A stretch of 39,956 nucleotides of DNA from an uncultured archaeon. Lineage in GTDB: Archaea; Asgardarchaeota; Thorarchaeia; Thorarchaeales; Thorarchaeaceae. Position 1 is the first letter of the stretch, and the number at the start of each line of letters is the position of its first letter. Both the position numbers and the translations under genes were made by a program. The notes below the pieces were generated by a model. It saw only the letters and a program-made list of their open reading frames with translations, was not told the origin of the DNA and searched no databases. Shown here piece after piece: positions 20,193 through 29,570 of the stretch. The DNA lies in contig CAYWJO010000030.1 of NCBI GenBank assembly GCA_964458565.1, positions 1 through 39,956 of the forward strand. Direction: 5' to 3'.

Positions 20193-21836
20193 ATGAATAA
20201 TAAGAGATGGAAGTTCTTCCCAATCTTAGTCATATCTATCCCACTCTTGTTACTGATTGGTTTCATCGTATACCCTGTGGTATATGTGATCTTACGTGGT
20301 TTGTTACTTGAATTGGATACAAATCCGTTTGAGGTGCTAACTTCTGTTTTGACATATCGTGCTTTTACCTTCAACATAGTTGAAACCCTTTTGAGCGTGG
20401 GTCTCACAGTATTACTTGGTCTTCCAGGGGCATTCCTTTTCTCTAAAATAAAATTCCGTGGAAAAGGAATTGTTCAAGCACTACTCATTGTCCCATTTAT
20501 TCTTCCACCCATTGTGGTCGTGGTAGGGTTCATCCGTGTCTTTGGCTCAAATGGATGGCTAGATTCGATTGCGATGCAGATGCTGGGAAGTTCGACATCA
20601 ATAATCGATTTATCATCCGGTCTAGTTGGTATTGTATTAGCCCACGCGTTTTACAATATCCCTCTTGTGATACTTATGGTGTCTGCCTCACTGAACCAAC
20701 TCGATAGTGAACTTGAAGAGAGTGCAGAGATTCTTGGTGCGACTACATTCCAGAAATATCGGAGAATTATTTTGCCTCATATACTGCCTTCACTTCTTGT
20801 GGCAAGCCTTCTAACAGCGCTGTTTTGCTTTGTTTCATTCCCAATCGTACTAACACTCGGAGAAAGTCGATACAAGACACTTGAAATCATGATATATGAT
20901 TCATTCTTGGCCGTTGATTATGGGAGAGCAAGTGCTATTGCCATGGTGCAAATAATCATCACTTTGATGATCGCATATTCATACTTTCGAATTTCAAAGA
21001 AAGTTACACAAGAGGGGTCATCATCACCTTTTAGCAAGAAAGTATCATTGGGTGAATTGACTTTAAAAACAAAGGCAGTATTATTGTTCTATTTTTCAAT
21101 TCTAATTGTGCTTGTAGCTGGTCCTATCATTGCTATCATTCAAGCCGCATTCTATAATCCGTATTCGCATGAATATACACTTTCTGGGATTGAGAATGTG
21201 TTCTCGTCAGGCACCATGGGAGGTCTAACACCTCTCATTAATTCTATAGTATATGCATCCTTGGCGACAATTCTTGCAGTTCTCTTAGCAATTCCATTGG
21301 CATATTCACGAAGATATAGATTCTCTTGGATTCCTGAAGTAAGTACCATGTTAGTATTGCTTCCGCTTGGAATATCTTCAATCACACTAGCTTATGGATT
21401 AATGATTGCCATTGCAGTTCCACTAGAGATTATTTGGCCTGTCATTGTAATAGCTCAGACTCTCATTGGACTCCCATTTTGTGCTAAATCTATAGAATCT
21501 TCAGTAATGAAAATGGATGAAGCATTATTGGAACAAGCAGATATTCTTGGTGCATCCAGAATGCAAAGGTTACTCTATGTCGAATTACCATTGCTCACAC
21601 CCGGTATTGTCGTAGGTGCTGTTTTCGCTTTTGCTATGGCTATTGGGGAAATGTCTGCGACTCTATTCATAGCTCATCCTCAGAACTATACCCTTGCAGT
21701 TGTTATCTATACATACCTATCAGCAAGACGATTCGTAGATGCTGGAGCTGCAGCATTGATTCTCGTCATTGCTTGCGTACTCTCATTCATCATAATTGAT
21801 CGGTTATCAGAATCAAGCTTTGGAGAGGTAATTTAA
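20193..21836 (+). CDS. thiP: thiamine/iron-type ABC transporter permease
   Basis: Duplicated permease halves with EAA-like motifs (LEESAEILGA, LEQADILGAS) and LAHAFYNIP. Confidence 0.85.
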   Translation: MNNKRWKFFPILVISIPLLLLIGFIVYPVVYVILRGLLLELDTNPFEVLTSVLTYRAFTFNIVETLLSVGLTVLLGLPGAFLFSKIKFRGKGIVQALLIVPFILPPIVVVVGFIRVFGSNGWLDSIAMQMLGSSTSIIDLSSGLVGIVLAHAFYNIPLVILMVSASLNQLDSELEESAEILGATTFQKYRRIILPHILPSLLVASLLTALFCFVSFPIVLTLGESRYKTLEIMIYDSFLAVDYGRASAIAMVQIIITLMIAYSYFRISKKVTQEGSSSPFSKKVSLGELTLKTKAVLLFYFSILIVLVAGPIIAIIQAAFYNPYSHEYTLSGIENVFSSGTMGGLTPLINSIVYASLATILAVLLAIPLAYSRRYRFSWIPEVSTMLVLLPLGISSITLAYGLMIAIAVPLEIIWPVIVIAQTLIGLPFCAKSIESSVMKMDEALLEQADILGASRMQRLLYVELPLLTPGIVVGAVFAFAMAIGEMSATLFIAHPQNYTLAVVIYTYLSARRFVDAGAAALILVIACVLSFIIIDRLSESSFGEVI

Positions 21837-22888
21837 TGGTCCAGCTTGAATTAGTAAATCTCAAACGAATTTTCCCTGACGGAACACGAGTGGGACCAAT
21901 CAGTCTCTTAATTGATGATGGCGAATTTATGACTCTCTTAGGTCCAAGTGGTTCCGGAAAAACAACAACATTACGGATGATTGCTGGTTTCATTGAGCCA
22001 GGTGAGGGATCAGTGAAGTTTGATGGCCAGGATGTGAATAGCGTACTTCCAAGAGACCGTAATATAGGAATGGTCTTTCAATCGATTGCACTATTTCCGA
22101 ATATGAATGTCTTTCAAAACATTGCGTTTGGTCCAGAGATGGATGGTTGGGGTCATGGGCAGGTTGTTAGCCGAGTAGAGGAACTTGCAGATTTACTTGG
22201 AATTAGAACCCTCTTGATGCGTAAGATCACTGAAATAAGTGGTGGAGAGGGCCAGAGAGTCGCACTAGCTCGTGCATTAGCTAGAGCACCAGGTCTCCTA
22301 TTATTAGATGAACCCCTTTCCGCTCTTGATCCTCATCTAAGAGTGAGATTACAGCGAGAAATTCGTAGAATACAAAAAGAACTTGGGATCACAACAATCT
22401 ATGTAACTCACAATCAGGATGAAGCGTTTTCAATATCTGATAGAATCGCTATCCTCGACGACGGCGTCATCAAACAAGTTGGAACCCCTGGTGATATCTA
22501 TTCAAATCCTGCTAATGCGTTTGTTGCGTCGTTTATTGGAGATGGCAATGTAATTACATGCTTCGAAGTTGATAGCCAATCTAACGGATCAACAATCATT
22601 GTAGAAAACAAATCCTATCGAATTGGTATTGATTCATCTAAACCATTGGTTAAAATTACAGTCAAACCAGAGGATGTTAGAATATCAGATGCGACTTCAG
22701 GAACAATGGTTGGTACAATTGAATCAATTGTCAGGCTGGTTCGTAATTGGGAGCTAGGAATCATAATTGAGGGTCAACGAATTATAGCTTTGTCTGAGGT
22801 TATACCAAATGGATTTACAGAGTCTGAAGTGGTTGGACAACAGGTGTCAATTTCATTTGAGGAGGATTCGGTTCGTATTCTAACTTGA
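21836..22888 (+). CDS. thiQ: ABC transporter ATP-binding protein
   Basis: GPSGSGKT, ISGGEGQR, LLLLDEP and VTH. Start overlaps the permease stop (TAATG). Confidence 0.88.
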   Translation: MVQLELVNLKRIFPDGTRVGPISLLIDDGEFMTLLGPSGSGKTTTLRMIAGFIEPGEGSVKFDGQDVNSVLPRDRNIGMVFQSIALFPNMNVFQNIAFGPEMDGWGHGQVVSRVEELADLLGIRTLLMRKITEISGGEGQRVALARALARAPGLLLLDEPLSALDPHLRVRLQREIRRIQKELGITTIYVTHNQDEAFSISDRIAILDDGVIKQVGTPGDIYSNPANAFVASFIGDGNVITCFEVDSQSNGSTIIVENKSYRIGIDSSKPLVKITVKPEDVRISDATSGTMVGTIESIVRLVRNWELGIIIEGQRIIALSEVIPNGFTESEVVGQQVSISFEEDSVRILT

Positions 22889-22931
22889 TTTTTACTTTTC
22901 AAAACTCATTATTGGTATTTCATTAAATTCC

Positions 22932-24026
22932 TTAATCATTTTCATCGTTATCGATTTCTGGGTTTGGTCCTAATCCCTCCTGTGAACTGTCTCCACTCTC
23001 TTCGGGGCCATAATCCTTATCATCAGAATCGTGGATTGGCGAGGGATGTATGCCGAGACCCACAGTACTCGTTTTATTATCAACTACAATCACTTTCTCA
23101 ACCAGAGTTGCTATACTATAACGTATGTAGTCACCTGACCCTATCATATCAGGTACGTCATATTCTCGGATAAGCAACGAGATCATACTAGCGACTGAGT
23201 CATTCCGCACGAACATCAATACAATTGTAAAATTCAATACAACGGCAAATAATGGACCAAGAAATACAAGAAGTATGAATATTGCCACCCAAATATCCGT
23301 ATTCAATGTAATCTCAATGACTACTAGGATAAGATCCAGTCCTGCCACAAATTCAAGAATATCTTCTAGATCATCTCCAACATTACTCAATGACCTATCT
23401 TTCTTATCGAGATGGAACAAACCAGAATCTTTCAGTAACCAAGGGCCGTAGTAGAATTGCATCAATGTGAATGGCAGGATTACAGTGCTGATGAGCATTA
23501 CTTGTCCACCAAATCCAACTAGCTCTATTCCTGACTGTACCATGTCAAACCCAATGATTGTCAACCCTATTCCCGTAACTAAAATCGAACCATATATTGA
23601 CCTTCGTAGAACACGGCTCCAGCTTTGACTTGGGGGATCCGGACTGATAAAGTACTCTCCAATCCCCCTCTTGAAAAACTGATGTATCTTCAAAGGTAAG
23701 AATACAGCTTTTGGCTTTTTAATCACAATAATACAAATTATTCCTGCTAGGGCTGCTACTCCAAAGGATATAGCTGTTAGTTCAGCTGCATATCTAGCGA
23801 TATCCTGAGCGCTGTATCCTATAGATATGTCAATCAGTTCTAGTACACCAAGCTGATCAAGGAAGACGAGTAGACCATAAGTTGAGGCAACCATCAATAA
23901 AGATGAAAACACAATTCCCATCAATAATTGTGTCTTGGGTATCGAACCCGCATCATCCATCATCTTTCGATAGTGCTCAGTTGTGTCTAACATCATTCGA
24001 ATCACCCAACTATATGTAGCAAACAA
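22932..24026 (-). CDS. hypothetical multi-pass membrane protein with acidic tail
   Basis: 364-aa ORF with about 6 hydrophobic segments. Exact start uncertain. Confidence 0.7.
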   Translation of the reverse strand: MFATYSWVIRMMLDTTEHYRKMMDDAGSIPKTQLLMGIVFSSLLMVASTYGLLVFLDQLGVLELIDISIGYSAQDIARYAAELTAISFGVAALAGIICIIVIKKPKAVFLPLKIHQFFKRGIGEYFISPDPPSQSWSRVLRRSIYGSILVTGIGLTIIGFDMVQSGIELVGFGGQVMLISTVILPFTLMQFYYGPWLLKDSGLFHLDKKDRSLSNVGDDLEDILEFVAGLDLILVVIEITLNTDIWVAIFILLVFLGPLFAVVLNFTIVLMFVRNDSVASMISLLIREYDVPDMIGSGDYIRYSIATLVEKVIVVDNKTSTVGLGIHPSPIHDSDDKDYGPEESGDSSQEGLGPNPEIDNDEND

Positions 24027-24217
24027 TAGTATCTCCTAAATAATAATTGATTGTGTGCGATACTCACACACAATTTTGATAGTGGGATTTAGCATAACAA
24101 TGCTGATATAGTGCAAACTAAGATAGAAGAATTGTTGGTAGAGCTGACAAAAGAGATATCAGCTCCGCATATACTTTGACTGTAAAAGTCAGTACTCAAA
24201 CGAAGTTGTGATTTACG

Positions 24218-25132
24218 ATGGTGATCGGATACGACGTTGCTGAAGATGGAACTCTTTCTGAAGTGGAGCTTACAAAAGAGACATTGGATTCTACCAAAGT
24301 TGTCTGTGTTATAGATGATGAAACAAAAAGTATCTATCTTTGGAAAGGCAGTCAAGCTGGAATCAGGAGAAAGTTCATCGGAGCACGGGTAGCTACCAAC
24401 CTTCGAACAGAATACGGATTTCACTTCAAGGTGAGGCCATTAGACGAAGGTGAAGAACCACCTACATTCTTTTCTGCTCTTAATGGGAGTACGGCCGCAA
24501 CCAGAGTTTTGAAGCCTGGTGAAGCAGCTCCACCTCCAACACCTCCCCCCAGCAAGACGACACCAGCGAAAACAGAAGAAATTGAAACTACCACGAGGAC
24601 TCCTGTGACTACGACCACGCCTCCTCCTACACCCCCTCCGACGAAAACAACCTCACCTCCTCCAACTCCTCCTCCCACAACTACAACCACAACTCGTCCT
24701 CCTGTTTCTGCACCGCCAATTGCATCTCAGGAGATCGACGAGATGATAAAGGAGCTCGAAACTGTTGACCCTCCTGATGGATATCAAAGGGAATTATTAA
24801 TTGTCAATAATGTTCTTTACACCGTTGCAGAGCATAAAATTACAGTTTTCGGACAAGAGAAAGTTGAACGCAGATTCGAAAAGGTCAAGGATCCACCAGA
24901 AGGCACATTCATGGCTGAAGGATTCATACCAAGAGTCATTGTGAAAGACGGGCGCGTTCTTGGAATCGAATTATTGAAAGGCACACCTGACGCTATACTC
25001 AGTCCAATAAAAGCTGAGATGAAAGAGCGCCTTAGTGACCTTATTACTTTCTTCAAAAGTGAAGTTGATGAAGTTCCTGAGGATGATGGCAAAAAGGGTT
25101 CGAAAAAGAAGAGTAAACTTGTCGCTAAATAG
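24218..25132 (+). CDS. gelsolin-like domain protein with Pro/Thr-rich linker and unknown C-terminal domain
   Basis: LDSTKVVCVIDD...IYLWKGSQA...LDEGEEPPTFF matches the gelsolin repeat pattern (L.S.D.f.lD, iy.W.G, v.eG.E...F). PPPTPPP occurs three times. Confidence 0.85.
   Translation: MVIGYDVAEDGTLSEVELTKETLDSTKVVCVIDDETKSIYLWKGSQAGIRRKFIGARVATNLRTEYGFHFKVRPLDEGEEPPTFFSALNGSTAATRVLKPGEAAPPPTPPPSKTTPAKTEEIETTTRTPVTTTTPPPTPPPTKTTSPPPTPPPTTTTTTRPPVSAPPIASQEIDEMIKELETVDPPDGYQRELLIVNNVLYTVAEHKITVFGQEKVERRFEKVKDPPEGTFMAEGFIPRVIVKDGRVLGIELLKGTPDAILSPIKAEMKERLSDLITFFKSEVDEVPEDDGKKGSKKKSKLVAK
24530..24718 (+). repeat. low-complexity Pro/Thr-coding repeat (three PPPTPPP units)
   Basis: CCN/ACN-rich tract inside the gelsolin-domain gene. 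Confidence 0.85.
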
Positions 25133-25218
25133 TATAATCACATTTTATCTCACCTCTTTTCAGACTAAACAGATTTTTATTCATCAGTAGTCCAATCACC
25201 TTAGAGTGTGTATATCAA

Positions 25219-25605
25219 ATGTCATCTCACCTTGACCCACAGAAAGAGAAAGAGCTCGTAGAATTACTTATGGGCTTAACTAACTATGCAGACCTCGATG
25301 CTATTGCAGTTGTAAGTAAGCAAGGAGTAAAATTAGCCTATTTTGCCACTGAAGAATCTGATGCGGACCCTGACCTGATGGCTGCGGTAAGTGCAGCATT
25401 ACTTATGACTGGTGAGATGGCTGCATCGAAATTAGATCTTGAAGAGCTTTACGAAGTAGTAATACGAGGGAAGAATGGCTTTGTTGTTCTCTCACAAGCT
25501 GGTGAATTTCTTTTAATGGGTTCAGCAAAGGATCTCACATCAATGGGTCTTGCAGTTACACAGATGCGGCGGTACGCGCGTGAAGTTGGTGAATTATTAG
25601 GATAA
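25219..25605 (+). CDS. roadblock/LC7 domain protein
   Basis: AIAVVSKQG, DLMAAVSAALL, EVVIRGKNGFVVL and SMGL; 128 aa. Confidence 0.9.
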   Translation: MSSHLDPQKEKELVELLMGLTNYADLDAIAVVSKQGVKLAYFATEESDADPDLMAAVSAALLMTGEMAASKLDLEELYEVVIRGKNGFVVLSQAGEFLLMGSAKDLTSMGLAVTQMRRYAREVGELLG

Positions 25606-25692
25606 CTTGTTGTAAACAAAGTCCAAGTACCAAATCCCCTTCAAAACTCAAATATAGTGGATATTTTTCCACAAGGCATGAGGAAATCCTCT

Positions 25693-26892
25693 ATGAAAAT
25701 TGAAATAGCTCCTCGTGCAGCAAATCTGCGATACGCCATTCGAGATATTGTTGTTGCAGCTCAGAGATATGAGAAAGAAAAGGGAGAAGCACCACTTTAT
25801 CTCAATATTGGGGATCCCATTAAGTACGATTGGAAAACTCCTGATTTTATGGTTGATGCCTATTGCGAAGCGTTGAGAGAAGGGATTAATGGGTATGCTC
25901 CGTCTCAAGGGTTAGAGGAGCTACGAATAGCAGCAGCTGAGAAGGAAAAGCGTGTCAACGGTATTGATATCGATCCTGATCGAATTATCGTGACGAGTGG
26001 AATTTCAGAGGCAATTCAATTTCTTGCAGGTGCCTTGGTCCTTGGAGATTCCGAGTTTCTTATTCCTGGTCCTTCGTATCCTCCCTATATCTCATTCATA
26101 AGTTATTTTGGAGCCAAACCCGTAACTTATCGAACGGTGGAAGAAAATGATTGGAATCCAGATGTTGATGATTTAAGGAGCAAGATAAATGAAAAAACCG
26201 CCTGTATCGTTGTAATAAATCCAAATAATCCCACAGGTTCTGTATATGAGTCAAAGACCTTATCGGAGATTGCTAACATCGCTGGTGAGTTCGGAATACC
26301 CCTTGTGTCAGATGAAATCTACGATCAACTTACGTTTGAAAAGAAACAGACTCCAATGGTAAAAGCAGCAAAGGATGTTCCCATCATTGGTTTTAATGGA
26401 GTCAGTAAGGTGTATGTTGCACCGGGTTGGCGTGTGGGTTATGTATACTTCCATGATGACAATGGAGAATTGGACCCTCTCTATGATGCGATGATTCGTC
26501 AGGCACGAATCAGAATATGTACTAATGCTCCAGCCCAGAAGGCAAGTGCAATAGCTCTCAATTGTGATGGAAACCACCTTGTAGAGATGAAGTCTCGCTT
26601 ATTACAACGAAGAAATCTTATTGTTAACCGTCTCAATTCAATCGAATCAATAAGTACAACAACTCCTCAGGCTGCTTTCTATATTCTTCCCAAGATAGAC
26701 CTTAATGGACGTTGGGAGGACGATAGTCAATTTGTGCTTGATGTTCTGAATGAAACAGGAGTTGTATTTGTACCTGGTTCAGGATTCGACCCAGTATATG
26801 GATCTGGTCATTTTAGGAGTGTATTCCTACCTCCACCTGAAATGATTTCCTTAGCTATGGATAGACTTGAACAGTTCATGGATCGTAGATGA
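25693..26892 (+). CDS. PLP-dependent aminotransferase class I/II (alanine aminotransferase-like)
   Basis: YAIRD, LNIGDP, NPNNPTG, SDEIY and SKVYVAPGWRVG. Start placed at ATG 25693. Confidence 0.92.
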   Translation: MKIEIAPRAANLRYAIRDIVVAAQRYEKEKGEAPLYLNIGDPIKYDWKTPDFMVDAYCEALREGINGYAPSQGLEELRIAAAEKEKRVNGIDIDPDRIIVTSGISEAIQFLAGALVLGDSEFLIPGPSYPPYISFISYFGAKPVTYRTVEENDWNPDVDDLRSKINEKTACIVVINPNNPTGSVYESKTLSEIANIAGEFGIPLVSDEIYDQLTFEKKQTPMVKAAKDVPIIGFNGVSKVYVAPGWRVGYVYFHDDNGELDPLYDAMIRQARIRICTNAPAQKASAIALNCDGNHLVEMKSRLLQRRNLIVNRLNSIESISTTTPQAAFYILPKIDLNGRWEDDSQFVLDVLNETGVVFVPGSGFDPVYGSGHFRSVFLPPPEMISLAMDRLEQFMDRR

Positions 26893-26897
26893 ATCAA

Positions 26898-28652
26898 CTA
26901 CTCATCTAAGCTCTGAATGATTTTCTTCAAAGCTTGCATTGCTCTGTATACTTCATCGGGTGTATCAGGTTTATCTCCCATTTTGAGAATTGCATTCTCT
27001 GATAGAGCTCTTATGTCCTGATGAACTCTTTTAATCGAATCAAGTACGCCATTTAATGATGTCCTGATTCTTGTTCTGGTCGCTGCTAAATCGGGGTCAT
27101 CTGTTGAGGCAGCACTAGGTATCTGAGACTGAATTGAAGTGAGTGTTGTAGTTAAATCACTCATTCTGGAAGTGATTTCATTCAACTTTTCAGAGAAATC
27201 ATCTACTCTTCTTTTCTTGATGTCCCACTCTTGCCAGAATTGAGGCGCTTCTGTCTTGATTTGTTCCTCTTCAGAATGGATCGTCTTTCGTATCCTATCT
27301 CGAATTTGAACAAGGGCACTCTCTACAGCTCTTTTCTTATCTTCTTCTCTCTTATTGCTGATACTCTCTATAAGACTATCATCACCAAGCATTGCATCTA
27401 TCTCATCAATAATGTCATTTACTGTATTTATTCTAGCTTTGGCGAGTTCGATCTCTGAATTTTCCACTTCATTTCTTACAGAATCTAACGCTTTTGAAAG
27501 AACTGAAGCTACCTTCTCTAGTGGTTCGGATTCCAATTTGCTGTCAAGGATTGATGCAGTGAGGATTCCAACACGACCCTGAGTTACATCGATTGCCTGG
27601 AGAATCTTTGATGATTCTTTGGTGTCTCTCAATACAAGTGTTCCTGGTCCCGCTTGAAGTGAATACTCCGTTTTGAGTTTGTCAGTATATGATCCTCTTA
27701 CCATAATAGAGAGTTCCATAATTTTCGGAATCTCTCCAGTTCTTGTGGATTTAGCTGTGATATCCATGTTTACGGATTTTCCCGGCGGTATCGTTGGGAA
27801 TCTTTTTGATTTTTCCCCAGCAACGATTGTGAGATCTCCATCCAAGAACCACTCAGCTTTAAGATCCAGAGCATCGCCTTCTCCTGTATTATGAATAGTG
27901 ACTATCATGGGTATTTGTTCACTAAACGTCATGTCAATGGGTATATCTAGCTGAGCTGAAATTTTTGGTGACTTCAATCTTCCGCGAAGAATTTCCCTAA
28001 CCCTGTTTAGTCCTTTGTCAACATAAGGAATGAACTCATTAGCTCCAGAACTTGCGAGAGCTGCCTTCAATTCTGTCACTGTAGCATTTTCAGCCTCAGC
28101 AAACGCTGAGATATCAACCGATTGTATTGCTGATTCTAGCATCTGTGGAATTTGACTCAATCTCACCACAGCTGGAAATTTCAGCTTTGACGCATTTTCA
28201 GCTGAATAGGTTCGAGCTTTGTAAAATCCATCAGCTTCTCGACCGACCATTATAAACATCATACATGCTGCCATAGCGATTGCGGTGCCTTTTCTGACTT
28301 CACTATCCTCTCCCCACATTAGGTATTCTCCCGAAGATTTGAAGAGATCCTCAGCAGCTAGAGTATACGCATCGATTGCTTTTGGTGCTTTTCCCATATC
28401 GGAATAAACATCGCCTGCAGCACACATATTTAGAGCAGCATTCTTGTAACTTTTTGATGCTCTAAATTTGTCAGCAGCTATATTGAAAGCATCCGCAGCC
28501 TTTTCGTAAAGTTGCTCTGATTCCTGTAAGTTACCTTTTCTTTCAGCAACTTCAGCAGCTCTCAGATATTTCTTACCAGCTTCGGTGAAAGAATCTCTAA
28601 GAGACTCCTTCGTAGCAGCTTCTATTATCTGTCTGATTTCTTCATCTGACAT
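26898..28652 (-). CDS. alpha-SNAP/TPR-like solenoid plus CARDB/Ig-like domain plus coiled-coil protein
   Basis: Ala-rich helical repeats (AADAFNIAADKFRASKSYKNAA, YSDMGK), a central beta-sandwich pattern (VTIHNTGEGDA...IPPGKS...SYTD) and a heptad-rich C-terminal half. No signal peptide or TM. Confidence 0.7.
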   Translation of the reverse strand: MSDEEIRQIIEAATKESLRDSFTEAGKKYLRAAEVAERKGNLQESEQLYEKAADAFNIAADKFRASKSYKNAALNMCAAGDVYSDMGKAPKAIDAYTLAAEDLFKSSGEYLMWGEDSEVRKGTAIAMAACMMFIMVGREADGFYKARTYSAENASKLKFPAVVRLSQIPQMLESAIQSVDISAFAEAENATVTELKAALASSGANEFIPYVDKGLNRVREILRGRLKSPKISAQLDIPIDMTFSEQIPMIVTIHNTGEGDALDLKAEWFLDGDLTIVAGEKSKRFPTIPPGKSVNMDITAKSTRTGEIPKIMELSIMVRGSYTDKLKTEYSLQAGPGTLVLRDTKESSKILQAIDVTQGRVGILTASILDSKLESEPLEKVASVLSKALDSVRNEVENSEIELAKARINTVNDIIDEIDAMLGDDSLIESISNKREEDKKRAVESALVQIRDRIRKTIHSEEEQIKTEAPQFWQEWDIKKRRVDDFSEKLNEITSRMSDLTTTLTSIQSQIPSAASTDDPDLAATRTRIRTSLNGVLDSIKRVHQDIRALSENAILKMGDKPDTPDEVYRAMQALKKIIQSLDE

Positions 28653-28749
28653 CGGGACCTACTCCATATAATCTTGATTGGCTCCCCTTGGCTATCAGTT
28701 TTGCCTTCGGTCTTTGACATGAGCAATTCCAACTTGGAGCCACCATTTT

Positions 28750-29040
28750 TCAATAGACTTCACGCGGTGAGTGTTTGAGTCGGTCTGGAAGACCACCACC
28801 ACCACCCATAATCTCCAGTTCGTACCCTTGACCAATTCTTCCCTTTCTAGAAGTCTGAAATCCAGATTTCTGAATTGATCTTGCGTTTCTTTCAGCGGCT
28901 CGTTTTTGAATCATACTCACACCACTTTGTACTGTGAGAATGAGTTTCTTCTGCGCATCATCCACCTTGAGAGTTATCTCACCAGATGGCTGACCTGCGC
29001 TCTCATGAAACTGGTTTTCCCGGTATTCGAGAAATGTCAT
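28750..29040 (-). CDS. small hypothetical protein, possible degenerate gelsolin/ADF-fold
   Basis: ATG 29040 gives 96 aa; the longer track ORF overlaps the upstream gene. KVDDAQKKLILTVQSGVSMIQKRAAERNARSI parallels the gelsolin domain encoded at 24218. Confidence 0.6.
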   Translation of the reverse strand: MTFLEYRENQFHESAGQPSGEITLKVDDAQKKLILTVQSGVSMIQKRAAERNARSIQKSGFQTSRKGRIGQGYELEIMGGGGGLPDRLKHSPREVY

Positions 29041-29197
29041 TTTGTCTGAATCCCATCCATTTGTCGTTTCTGTACGATTTCTAACCCGGTCGCATATTAG
29101 GATTTGGCCGATGAAGTCAAATAGGATATTTAACAAAAGAAGATGAAATTGGTGGAAGCTCTGGACAGTAAGTCCAGAGACCACTTCGATTAAACTA

Positions 29198-29473
29198 TTA
29201 GTCCGGAGGTGGAGGTGGTGGAGGTGTGTCCTCTTGTCTTGTATCAATTTTTGTTAGTACTGAATCACGTTTCTTCTTGGTAAAGAAGAAACCTGCTACG
29301 ATGAGGAGCAGTCCGACAACTGCTAGACCAGCTCCGCCAAGTAGTCCATAACCACCAAGCAAATCCGTTCCTTGGCTAGCTAATAGTGCGATAACGGCAC
29401 CGGCAATCAACACTAGTACTCCTAGGCACACTGGGCCCGACCGAGTGTATTCGCGCCATGTAAGATACGCCAT
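29198..29473 (-). CDS. small 2-TM membrane protein with C-terminal poly-proline (P7)
   Basis: Two hydrophobic helices, then KKKR and ...EDTPPPPPPPD*. Start placed at ATG 29473. Confidence 0.75.
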   Translation of the reverse strand: MAYLTWREYTRSGPVCLGVLVLIAGAVIALLASQGTDLLGGYGLLGGAGLAVVGLLLIVAGFFFTKKKRDSVLTKIDTRQEDTPPPPPPPD

Positions 29474-29570
29474 TGTTAAAATTCTCCCAAATCGAGACAA
29501 TTACTCGCTGTCTCGTCTTTACAAAGTAATCCTGATGGAGCGATTTAAGATTGTCGCCGATATCTCTTTG

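Noticed and set aside
29041-29247. His-rich N-terminal extension (HLHHLHL) of the 165-aa track ORF
   Set aside because: It is an alternate-frame reading of the poly-Pro codons of the upstream gene; the real start is probably 29040.
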